Origin: Eutreptiella sp. 'Long Island Sound 2002'
Taxonomy: Eukaryota > Protista > Euglenida
Assembly (NCBI GenBank): GCA_964036045.1
Contig: OZ038378.1
Span: 2,790,001-2,854,000 of the forward strand
Length of the DNA: 64,000 bases
Reading direction: 5' to 3'
The notes below the pieces were generated by a model. It did not search any database, was not told where the DNA came from, and saw only the letters and a list, made by a program, of their open reading frames with translations. Of the stretch, positions 34,852 to 45,236 are shown one piece after another. Each line of letters opens with the position of its first letter. Position 1 is the stretch's first letter. The translations under genes were made by a program, and so were the position numbers.

Positions 34852-37322
34852 ATGCCCGAAGGAGGGGCCTCCGAGCTCGCCTTAAGGAAAAAGCGGCTGC
34901 AATATATCTGCATCAACACCGACAAAGACAAGATCCGCACCCTGTTCCGAAATGTACTTCCACGGCGCCGCTGCATCATCATTTGTCACGATGAATTACG
35001 GGCTCACCACCTTGCAGAGGTCTTGAATGACCTCCACCGTGAGAAGGGTCACAACAGCAAGTTGACGATGGTCGTTGATGGCGACACTCCCATCTCGAGG
35101 CATATAAAATGCGTCGTTGTGAGTGCTACAGGCGCGGCTTTGACCGAGCAGGAGGCCAAGGACTTCGACACCTTTGTGATGCATGACAATCCCAATTCAA
35201 AGGAGCAGTACAAAAACTGGGCATGGCACTCATACTGCAGAGATATCATCTCTTTCCTTGTGAATGAACCTGAGGACCAAAATATTCGCGAAAACTATAT
35301 CCTCGACCAACTGGAGAGCGTCTACAAATGCCAAGTGAACGAGCTCAGTATCGCAGCTGCGTCCAGCCCAAGCAGCAAATCCGACTCAGAGAAGAAGAAG
35401 CAGGAGCTTAAGGAGAGGCTTGCACAAGAGCAGGAGCAACAAAAGCTGCAGCGGATGCAGCAACAGCACAAGGAGGAGACACAGAAGCTCGTCACTCTGA
35501 TGGAACAGCTTATTGTGCATCAGCAGAAGCAGCAGCAGGAGCAGCAGGAGCAGCAGCAGGAGCAGCAGACCCAACTGCAATCCCAGATCAAGGCCCTGGA
35601 GCAGCTTCTGGCACAACAGCAACAGCAGCAACAGCAGCAGCAGCAGGACCTGGAGAAGCAGCTGCAGGCCAAGATAAAGGAGTTGCACCAGAAGGAGCAG
35701 GTCTCTGACCTGATGCACGCCCCCTGTGTAACCTCTTGAAGCATGTATTGCGTTTGTGCGTGTGCCTGAATGTGTTTTGCGTGGGTGTGCCCGATGTGTG
35801 GCGCGCGTTGGTGCCTTTCCATTAACGTTTGTTGATGGGGTGTGCATTGCTGTCTAGGCGTGCGTCCCTCCGGGGATGGTTTGTCTGGCGGGATGCATTT
35901 GCACGGTGCTGGGGGACAATGGCAGGTGCACCGATGCACGGCCTGGACATACAGTGCAACGGTGCATCGGTGCATGTGCTTATATACATGGTGCACGTCT
36001 CTGAGAGCAGTACGTTCCTCAGTGCAGTTCTTCTCGCAGACATGTGGTGGTAAATGTTTCAGTCTTACCAAAGAAAGGCCACTTACCTCAGCCCCAATCC
36101 CCAATATGTTGATGGGCAAAGCACTTGGGTATGCAGCAGGAACAAGAAAAGGGCATCAGGAGCCACAGAAGTTGCGGCGGACGCAGGGCATAAGCGGGTC
36201 ATTGGGCTGCAACAGGGGCATGAGCATGAACTTGCATCAGTGCGTGCCCAATGGCACAGGCAGCCTAGCTGCGGCGATTTGTAGTACCGAACCCCCACCC
36301 CAACTTGGAGGTCCAATCCCCGATTTGGGGGACAAAGTGCATACGATGAGGTTTGGGGAGGAAGAAATGGTTCTAACAAAGGTGGTTTTTTACCCCAACA
36401 CATGTACCTTGACTTGGTGAACGCGACACGATGATCATCTCGCAGTGTGTGCATTCGGAGCCGGGGGGAGGGGGGGAAAGACCCCACTCCTGTTTCGGTT
36501 CAGAAAGTGCGCGTGGGGGTTCGGGGAAAGGCTAGAGGAACCGGGGCGGCCGTACTCTTGATGTGGAGTGTACTTCGGTGTTGGCATGCCCCGCATGCCC
36601 TCGCACATACCTTTGCCTTGGTGCAGGAACACCAGCACATGACCGCCCAGCTTCAGGTGCCCACCGCTCAGCAGTTCTTCTCCGCCGACCCTGCGCACCG
36701 CACCCTCATGCTGCAGCAGATGCAGCAGTCGATGGTGCAGCAGCAGCCCCCCATGCAGTACATGCAGGCACCGCCCTACGGCCTGATGCCGGGCGCCGTG
36801 CCCGTCCAGGTCGGCCCGTCAGCGGCCGCCCCGATGCAGCCGATGCAGCCCCCCCCTCCCCCTGGCCCCCCGCCCCCGCAGAAGCAGAGGGGGGGGCGCA
36901 GGGAGAAGGCCCCCGCGCCTCCCGAGGCCACCCACAACACCGCCAACAACCCCTTCGACCAGGCTCAAGGGGCCTCCGCCCCCTCATATTATGGCGGTGC
37001 CAGTGAGAAGCAGGCGAAGGTGCAGCAGCTGGACCAGGAGTTGGAGGCGCTGAGGGCGCGCCTGGCGGAGAAGCAAGGGGACCCCGGGCTGTGGGTGCCC
37101 GGCAAGGGCTACTCCAACCCCCCGGACGCCGGTGGCAAGGGCTCGAAGGGCGGCAAGGGGGGCAAGGGGCAGGGCAAAGGCGGCAAGGGGGACGCAGGGC
37201 ACGCAGACCAGAAGCAGGGCCCGTACGTTGCCGCAGTGTTTCACACGTACGGGGACGATGCAGCCGACGACAACGACGAAGACTGGGAGACGGCGGAGAG
37301 CTGGGACGCCTCCGGCTACTGA
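34852..37322 (+). CDS. Two-exon gene, join(34852..35700,36627..37322), ~514 aa: degenerate eIF4A-like helicase C-terminal domain, Gln-rich coiled coil, Pro/Gln region, GKGG tract, acidic tail
   Basis: Exon 1 LQYICIN..DKIRTL..CIIIC..HLAEVL..FVMHDNPNSKEQY..ILDQLESVYKCQVNEL parallels the eIF4A RecA2 domain. CAG|GTCTCT at 35700/35701 and TTGCCTTGGTGCAG|GAA at 36626/36627 give a phase-0 in-frame join. Confidence 0.7.
35701..36626 (+). other. Canonical GT-AG intron, 926 bp, repeat-filled
   Basis: GT donor, pyrimidine-rich CAG acceptor, reading frame preserved, GC-rich coding-like sequence resumes at the acceptor. Confidence 0.65.
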
Positions 37323-37720
37323 ACGAGTGCTGAGGTGGCACTCACGGGCGGGAGACCCATGCAGGCGCCCGTCAACACATCGCACCGCCAGCAGGCGGTT
37401 GCCCCGGGCGGCGCTTTCCGCGGGCGGTGTGACGGACGCGCATGGGCTTGCCCAGGCTCGCGACGCATGGGGGGTTGGTGGGGACCATGGGGGAGGGGAA
37501 CGAGTCGCTTGGACGAGATTGGAGTGTCTGCCCCACTGCTCACCATCAGAACGCACGATCCCAATTCCATCTATTCCCCCGGGCCAGCACTGGCAGGCCT
37601 CCTCTTCAATCATCCTTAGACCGTGAAGGTTGGAGCCAGGCTCAAGCAGTTGCTCCAAATCGAGCCTACAGTGTGGCCGAGAAAAAAGGGAACACCATCC
37701 CCATTTCCTGCAGCACACAG

Positions 37721-37791
<71 letters not shown>

Positions 37792-37803
37792 GCCTGTCTG
37801 TCC

Positions 37804-37882
<79 letters not shown>
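37721..37882. repeat. Compound microsatellite (TCTCTG)n-(CT)n-(CTGT)n
   Basis: Directly visible. Confidence 0.97.
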
Positions 37883-40800
37883 CTACAACCCATTGCCCCA
37901 CGTTCAGTGGAGCAATCGGATAACCTGCCAAGACAGGGACGACTACCAGCGCTGGTTGCGGCAACGTCAGCAGACAGCAGGCAACCTATGACCCCTGTGT
38001 GTGTTGGGGGGGTGGGGGGCTGTGCAGAGAGCGGTCATGGAGAGTGGACAGGGACCCCCGAACCCCTTGTTTCTCTGCGTTGTCAGTGCCCTTTTTCAGG
38101 GATCAGCCCAAACAGTCATGGCTCACCGAAGGCCTTGTGCAAAGATGGGCTCCGTTGTCACCAGCCGTCCATTGCCCTGCACAGTCCGGATCAGTCCCAT
38201 CACCCCTTGTCCACTCGGGGATGTAGCCCTTGCACGTGGAACTGGTGCTGGTTATACATCAACAGCATGCACCAACACAAGGGGGACGACGGCCATGGTG
38301 CGGCGAAGAATGAGCTGAGACTGTGTGCCAAACCTTTTTCGTATTTGGCCCTGTGCACCAACTTGTGGCTGATTCTTGCATCCTCTCAGTATACGGTGTA
38401 CACAAGGCCATATCCACCCTCCGCTGAGGCCATGGGCGGGTTGCTACTACAGGGGGCGATCCCATGCTGCTGCTGGATGATGGCAACCTCCCCACCCCAG
38501 TGGATGCCCACTCCTCAAATTTCATGCGGTTTGCTCCCCGAGACTACTGATGCAGTACTGGTGGCGGCCATGCATTTCCAGGCTCCGGCCTTGTCCCAGG
38601 ACACGAGAAGTTGGAGGTGGTCATCCAACAGTCGTGCCGAATGTCCAGCAGACCATCGTGGCAGTTGGGTGGGCAGGGAAATTGGGACGTGTGTCTCTTG
38701 GCAGCCCGAGTCAAAATAAAGCTGCTGATTCCCGTGGCATGTCTGAGCATTTCAGTCGTGGTGGATCAGAAGGGCTGTGAAAGGCACAAATTGGAGCACT
38801 GGAAAAGTCCAGCATGAGGACAGGATTCTGCTGGTCATTTGAATGATTACGCTTTGCGCGGGCAGGGGCAAGCCTTGGGTGGATCGGCACCGAACCACAG
38901 GGAGACATCCAAGTGTTCACATGCCCCCTCCTGTATTGGGTACCCAAAGCAGAAAAGCCTTGGATAGTGACGTGTTTTGGCCGAAAAAGATGCCTGGTGT
39001 ACGTTCCCCCATTGGCAAAACCTGTTTTCCCTTTGGTGTAGTTTGGGGTGTATGGCGAATGACCACTGCATACTCGCCACCATGGGACATGATTTGACAA
39101 GCCAGCCTTGTCATGCCTTGGGTTGTCTGTTTGCCAGTCTGGACGCACTTTTTGTGGATAGCTGCTGCACCGAACAGTTGTGTTGTAGTTGTCAATGGGC
39201 AATGGAATTGCTTGTGTTGTGTTGTTCCGCTGTGTTTGGATGAGGTTGCAAGTAAGACCACTTGGCACAACATTTCTTGTGTAGCACACTGCCATACATA
39301 GTGCATTGCACAACAATTGTTTCACTGCCTCTCAGCACCGATCACCTTCACCGCTCATTATCATTTGTCAGGGCTTAGATTGTGATTCAAGGTGAGTGAT
39401 TAAAGTACACTTCGGGAAGTTGCCGAGTGCAACAGCCATCTTACCTCCAAGAAACCATGAAGGTGATGTTGTTGGAGACTCTAAAACTGGCATGGCAAAG
39501 GAGATATTTTCCGTGCAGCAACACCGATTCACCAACTTGTACCACGCAAGACACCAACTTGAAGTAGCCACGCTCTTGTGCTGTCAGAACCCATCATTTT
39601 TGTGAGAAGAGGACCTGTGTGGTATTTAGGTCATTTGCGACGAAAATGGGTGCAATTTCATTGAGCCGTGTGTGGCCTGCACAATTCATAATATACAAGG
39701 AACCATGACACCACCAACTGCGACACATCGGATGCCAACTGGAAACATTTGATGTTGCCTCGGTTCATGTTGTTTATTTTGATAATACGAGGGCAAAGGC
39801 TTGGTGACATCACCGTTTATTGCGCTATCACGCGAGGCTTGTTTCAGCATGGTAAATCAGCCAAATAGGGTGAAAAACACATTCTTTGTATGTGTTTCTT
39901 GATCATTGCAGATCATCAGAAAATGAATAAATCCGGTTTGCAACTTTCAAAATTTTCTGCATTGAGGGTGAAAGTCACAAATGCAATCACCACAAACCCC
40001 ACGCATTTCCACATTTGTCTGCACTTGAACATGGTATGGGGGCACACTTACTACTAGGAGTCGGATTTCTTAATAAGAAACCACATCATGGAAAAGCCGC
40101 TCTCTTCAAAGTTCAGGAAATTTTCAAATTAAGAAATTTCTGAACAGGGTACAGTGCAAAGCTCAACATTTTAAGCCCAAAAGGAAAAAGAAGCTCGGCC
40201 TCTGTCCCAAGAATGTGTTTCTAATTCACTAGTTGGACCTGTAATAACCACGCATCCACGTCCTTGTGTATGTTGGGGCAAGGGTGGGGGGGTTTAGCAA
40301 GAGATGGGCAAATTGCCTTGGCAGGTTACACCCCCAACGGGTGACAGGTTGAAAATTCCAAAACCAATTTTTGTTTTCATGTTGCAACCACCACAGGTGC
40401 ATGGCTTTGTACTGGTGTACACATCGTGCTACCTGTTCAGGCTTTGGCAAGCTGAAATTAAATGCCTTGCTATATCTATACTTTGACCATGTCACTGAAG
40501 GGCTGGGCATGCAATTTTCTTTTGCTTGTTTAGCTTTTTTCTCTTTTGGAACCCTCAAACGTGGGGGCATATGTTCTTGCGGTGTATGTTCTTCACATGT
40601 GAAAATAAAATCTTGGATTTTTCACCTCCTTGGACTTGAACACCCTCTTACCATTTGCCCAAGGTGTGCATTACGAACTATGCTACACCGTGCTAATTTA
40701 CTTAAAAGTTACATGTACACCAAATGGACCATAGAAAACAAAAATGGCAAAAATCTGCTCACTTTGTGACCGCCAATAAGTACCTGTGCATGCTCTTACA

Positions 40801-40949
40801 ACTGGTACGAACATGAGATCTGCCACATTCAAGAATTTGTTTTGTGCTTGGAGCACCCTGTTTTGGTATTTTTTGGGGACTACCTTTTTGCTGTTTGTTA
40901 TTTGATTTCTGGTGACAATTTCGGATTGAATATCGAAGCGTATGCTGCA

Positions 40950-42075
40950 TTCATGACATTTTCATTGGGATTACCCAAATCAATGCAAGGCATGGCTGCA
41001 AGGCAAGTGCAGAACATGGCCGAGGCAATTTCGGACGCAAACCCAAAATGCATTTTGCTCTTTGGCCGGCGTCCCAGGTATAGCAGCCCCTGACATGGCA
41101 AAACACTGTGGTGGTGACTTTCTCCAAGCATTCATTGGCTGACTGGGGCTGTGGGGTTAAACCACAGAAGGAGGGTGTTAAATTACGCTGTAGACGTATT
41201 GTGTTTGTTATTGTGTATGCATTACATACACCAATGGCGATGGCGATGGGTTTGCCAAACACAGATTGAATTTCTACCCAATTGGCCTTGAATCTCGACC
41301 CACAAAGTGATGCAAAATCAGCATGCACACCACCTTTAGTGATGGGGAATACAAACTGACGAGAAACAGGTAGTGCAGTATTTCGCTCTACGACAACGCC
41401 ACACCGATGGCGTGTATGTTGAGTGGACTCCATGTGCTGTACCTTATTTGGCTCCAATGGAGCACACAAAAAAGCCAGCGTTGTGGACTGCATAAGCGCC
41501 ATAGGTGCTTGCATCTTCATATTTACAAAGCATTGCCAGTGTCAAGGGAGATTTGGCTGACCCTGAGATTGCCGCAATAATCTCCAGATGGGCAGATCTG
41601 CCCGACGACCACAGCTTGCAGCACAAAATAATCTAGTGCTAATGTACCTATGCATGGTCTTTGAGGCATTGCCTGATGGCATTGTGGAAATACGTTACTT
41701 GTGCATAAGAGCTTTTGGCTTGTTGTACGCACGCCTTGTATGTCATCAATGAATGTGTCATAAAAAAATGCATTGAAAACACCGGTAGGTTGAATGATTT
41801 GGCACGCCCCTTGCGCAAGCACGGTGACCCTGTGGTATTGTTGTTTTTCTGACCACAGTTTTTGCAGTCAAGAATGTAACGTGATGCGGTTGGGTGCCAT
41901 TTGTGGAGGGAAAGAGGGGCTGGGTCATACCATTGACAAGGTTTGGAAACAGTTTCTATTCTACAGCTTCTGATGGCCCTGAAGGGCAGTGAAGAAGTCA
42001 AGGACATGTCAAAATTTGCTTGCACATTGTTTTGCGGTGCCCTGTCGTAAGAATTGTCGTCTGGGTGAGGCATGG
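40950..42075 (-). pseudogene. Decayed Cys-containing coding remnant, possibly transposase-associated (CxC/KDZ-like)
   Basis: Successive - strand ORFs (41648-42073, 40951-41520) with CxxC and protein-like composition; family assignment tentative. Confidence 0.25.
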
Positions 42076-42269
42076 GCAGCTTTTTGGTGGATCCCCTCTT
42101 TGTCGTACCATGCGGTCTTATCTAAGCACAACCAGCCCATGCTGCCATCGTTTTCCTGGCTTTACCTGCGCTTGCGCAGTGGGGGCTTGCATTAGAAGCC
42201 CACCAGACATTTGAGTCCATGGTCCATTGCAAGTCTTCTCTTCAAGCCCGTTTTGCAACCTACACAACC

Positions 42270-42365
42270 GCGTACACTCGTCGGCCATCGAATCAGATCA
42301 TGACAAAACCAACATGGAGCTGCGCTTGAAGAACGGGGCAGACTTAAAACATGGGGACAACCAAC
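42270..42365 (+). pseudogene. Single ankyrin-repeat-like fragment
   Basis: HSSAIESDHDKTNMELRLKNGADLKHGDN resembles LHxA..H....ELLLxxGAD. Confidence 0.25.
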
Positions 42366-42545
42366 TCCCATTCCAACATCCTTACCCCTCCTTGAGTCAA
42401 AATCGAACCCCGTGTGTTTCTGCCATCTTGTGAAACAGCCTTCCCTGTCAGACGACGGAAGTTTGTGTCGTCACGTAGCCATGGCTGCGGTCATCCGTGA
42501 CGGTATTGCACTACATGGTTGACCCGCAAAGGCGCACCTCTGTTG

Positions 42546-45026
42546 ATGCCCAAGTTGTTGAAAGTGATTACTCTCGTCATTGTAGTGGTTGGCCTGTGGA
42601 CGATTCACCATCGAAGCCGAAAGGAAGGCCGCTCACGCCCAACGTCTGACGTGGCCAGCATTTCGGAAGCGATGCGACAAGACAAATGGCATTTGGCACC
42701 CATGAAAGATTTGAGCATTCGCACATTTGCACAAGGGATGTGGCATCAGTGGATGCAATGCGCAGGGTTGCCGACAAGGACATCCGCAAGTCAAACAAAC
42801 CACTCGCTTCTGCCGGTGACTCTGGCAGTTCTGGACGTGGGGTTGAGCCGCACCCTTCATCAGTCCGTCGACAAGTGGAAGGCGCAAGGGGTTTGGGACT
42901 TCATGGCGCAATGGGTTGTGTTCGTGCAACAGATACGGCCCGAGCATTGTGCGTATGCGGCGCAGGAGGGCTTCGAGTTGGTGGGCAACACGGGAAACGT
43001 GGGCATCGCGGCCGCCTTGGAGGTGCTCATCACCACCGCCCGCCACGCCCACATTGTGTTTCTCGAGAAGGACTGGCAGCCGGTCATCAGCTACACCCCG
43101 CCCCTCGTCAGGCAGTACCTGCGGATGGGGCAGCGCCTTCTCATGGAGCAGCCCAACATTTCGGTGGTGTACTTCCGCCACAAGCACGCCACGTCCAAAA
43201 AGTGCGTGCTCCCGGACATGCGCCGCATCTTCAACCCCAACCGCGACCCCTGCGCCGTGAAGAAGCAGGCGTGGACGGGGACGAGCGCCTTCGTGGGGCT
43301 CTGGGGCTGCCCCCGGCAGGCGCTGGCTCTCGGGGACTACTTCACCCCCTGCGCCGCCGACAGTCGCGTGGGCGACGCCACGTTCTACTGCTTTGGGGCG
43401 CGGTTCAGCCACTGGTCCAACACCCCGTCTCTCTTCCGCCGCGCCTGGGCCCTGCAGCACTTCGTGCCCAACCTGCCCCTCTGCAACCCCCTGGACCCCC
43501 TCTGCCTGTACGCCGGGGTGGAGTTCGACAACCGCCTGCAGTGCGCGGTCCGCCGCACGGGGACCCTCTTCGCCAGCCCCTACCCGGGGCTGTTCCGGCA
43601 CATGGACCGCTCCACCGAAGAGGAGTGCCGCTTCCCCCCGCTCCGCAACCCCTGCCCCGCGGGCTGCCGCCCCGCGGGGTCGCGGTGCCGGGGCAACTTC
43701 GTTGCCGCGGCCGCCGGCTGCTGCTGCTTCCGCTCCCACGAGCCCGCGCCGCCGGCGGCGTTCGCGCTGCTGGCCAACCGCACGTTCGTGGCGTGGAGCG
43801 TGCCCGGCTGGAACGCGGTGAGCGCCGGCCGGTGGCCCGCGGTGCCCGCCCCCGCCCCCCCGGCGCTGCTCGACCTGGGGTACAAGCCCCGCGGGGCCGC
43901 GTTCATCGTCACCGCCGCGGACATGCAGCGGCTGCAGCGGTTCCTGGACCGCGTGAACGACCGCGTCCCCTACGCCCACCGGCTGCTGCTCACGGCCTAC
44001 GTCCACACGTCCGGCCCGAGCGTCGCGGCGATGAGGGCCCTGGGCTGCCCCGCGGGCCCCGCGTGCGCGTACCGGCGCTGGTGGCTGCACAACGGGACCG
44101 ACGCCGACGGCCTCGGGGCGGCGCCGTACAAAGAGCCGGGGCTGCGCGCGGCGTACGCGCGCGCGTTCCGGGCCGGGCACTGGCACCCGGAGTACGGGGG
44201 CGGCGGGGCGGTGGACCCGGCGACGTGGCTCAAGGCCCTGGAGCGGGACCGGGTCGCGCAGGGCTGCTTTGCCTTGGGGCTCGTCTGCGGGCGGTACAAC
44301 GTCCCGGAGTACGCGCACCTCTCGGGCCCGGCCCTGCGGGCGCACATCGCATCGGGTGTGCGGGCGTTCGCGGCGTTCTTCGGGTTTTCCCCCAGCGTCA
44401 CGGTGCCCGTGGACGGGGTCGGCCCCTGCGAACTGGGGGAGGCGCTGCGCGACGCGGCGTTCGTGGGCGCCGACGCGCCGCACGTGAGGGCGTGGACGTA
44501 CCGGCCCGTGTCCCGCAAAGTGTCGCCGCCGTTCGCGGAGCGGGGGCTGGGGGCCGCGGCCCCCGTCGGTTGGGACCCGCGCCTGTCGGCGGCGGAGGTC
44601 AAGGCCCGGGTGCGGCAGCGGGGCACGCCGTTCGTCGTGTTCCGCCTTCCGGCCACGTTCTTTGCCGCCGGGGACGATGCGGAGGGGCTCGAGGGGCGGG
44701 AGCGGCGGCTGCGGGCGCTTGTGGACGAGCTGCGGGCGGATGGCGCGTCGCGGACGGTGTTCGTCACGAGCGGCGAGCTGCATCAAGTGGCGCTGCGGGG
44801 GTGGTCGGTCGAGGTGTGGCATGACTGCGCGGTCGTCCGCAATTACCGCGACGGCGCCGTCACTTTCGCGGTCCCGAAGACGTTCGGAGTCGCGGGGACC
44901 GGGCGCGTGTCCGTGGAATGCCTCACCTGCGAGGGGGCGCGGACGGCGGCGGCGGAGTGCAGGCCGGGGCCTTTTCTGGAGGTGCAGCCAGGCCAAGTGC
45001 TTCGGTTGCGGGACTGCGGGGGATAG
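42546..45026 (+). CDS. Type II membrane protein, ~826 aa: GT-A (GT2-like) glycosyltransferase domain, Cys-rich linker, polysaccharide-deacetylase-like domain
   Basis: N-terminal TM LLKVITLVIVVVGLWTI; NVGIAAAL..HIVFLEKDW (DxD-like) and HWSNTPSLF motifs; C-terminal half has GHWHPEYGG..WLKAL..GVRAFAAFFGFSP..P. Strong GC3 bias and no intron apparent. Confidence 0.8.
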   Translation: MPKLLKVITLVIVVVGLWTIHHRSRKEGRSRPTSDVASISEAMRQDKWHLAPMKDLSIRTFAQGMWHQWMQCAGLPTRTSASQTNHSLLPVTLAVLDVGLSRTLHQSVDKWKAQGVWDFMAQWVVFVQQIRPEHCAYAAQEGFELVGNTGNVGIAAALEVLITTARHAHIVFLEKDWQPVISYTPPLVRQYLRMGQRLLMEQPNISVVYFRHKHATSKKCVLPDMRRIFNPNRDPCAVKKQAWTGTSAFVGLWGCPRQALALGDYFTPCAADSRVGDATFYCFGARFSHWSNTPSLFRRAWALQHFVPNLPLCNPLDPLCLYAGVEFDNRLQCAVRRTGTLFASPYPGLFRHMDRSTEEECRFPPLRNPCPAGCRPAGSRCRGNFVAAAAGCCCFRSHEPAPPAAFALLANRTFVAWSVPGWNAVSAGRWPAVPAPAPPALLDLGYKPRGAAFIVTAADMQRLQRFLDRVNDRVPYAHRLLLTAYVHTSGPSVAAMRALGCPAGPACAYRRWWLHNGTDADGLGAAPYKEPGLRAAYARAFRAGHWHPEYGGGGAVDPATWLKALERDRVAQGCFALGLVCGRYNVPEYAHLSGPALRAHIASGVRAFAAFFGFSPSVTVPVDGVGPCELGEALRDAAFVGADAPHVRAWTYRPVSRKVSPPFAERGLGAAAPVGWDPRLSAAEVKARVRQRGTPFVVFRLPATFFAAGDDAEGLEGRERRLRALVDELRADGASRTVFVTSGELHQVALRGWSVEVWHDCAVVRNYRDGAVTFAVPKTFGVAGTGRVSVECLTCEGARTAAAECRPGPFLEVQPGQVLRLRDCGG

Positions 45027-45029
45027 GGC

Positions 45030-45236
45030 CAGGGCTTCTTTAGAATAATTAAAAACCAAAGGGGGGGGGGGGGCTCCCCCAAAACCCCCTCCCCCCCTCC
45101 CCAGACCAAAGTGACCATCGTGGGAAAAAACGAAATTTACAAGAGGGAAAATCTGGTCAGGCCATTTTTGGTACACCAAGTTTTGGGTCCAAAACCCCCT
45201 CCCCCCCTCCCCCCCCCCTGCGCAAAAGAAGCCCTG
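45030..45236. mobile_element. hAT-type MITE, 207 bp
   Basis: TIR CAGGGCTTCTTT...AAAGAAGCCCTG; perfect 8-bp TSD GATAGGGC at 45022-45029 and 45237-45244. Confidence 0.9.

Noticed and set aside
37442-38719. 425-aa ORF and overlapping long ORFs
   Set aside because: Held open by the CT/CTGT microsatellite; not protein-like.
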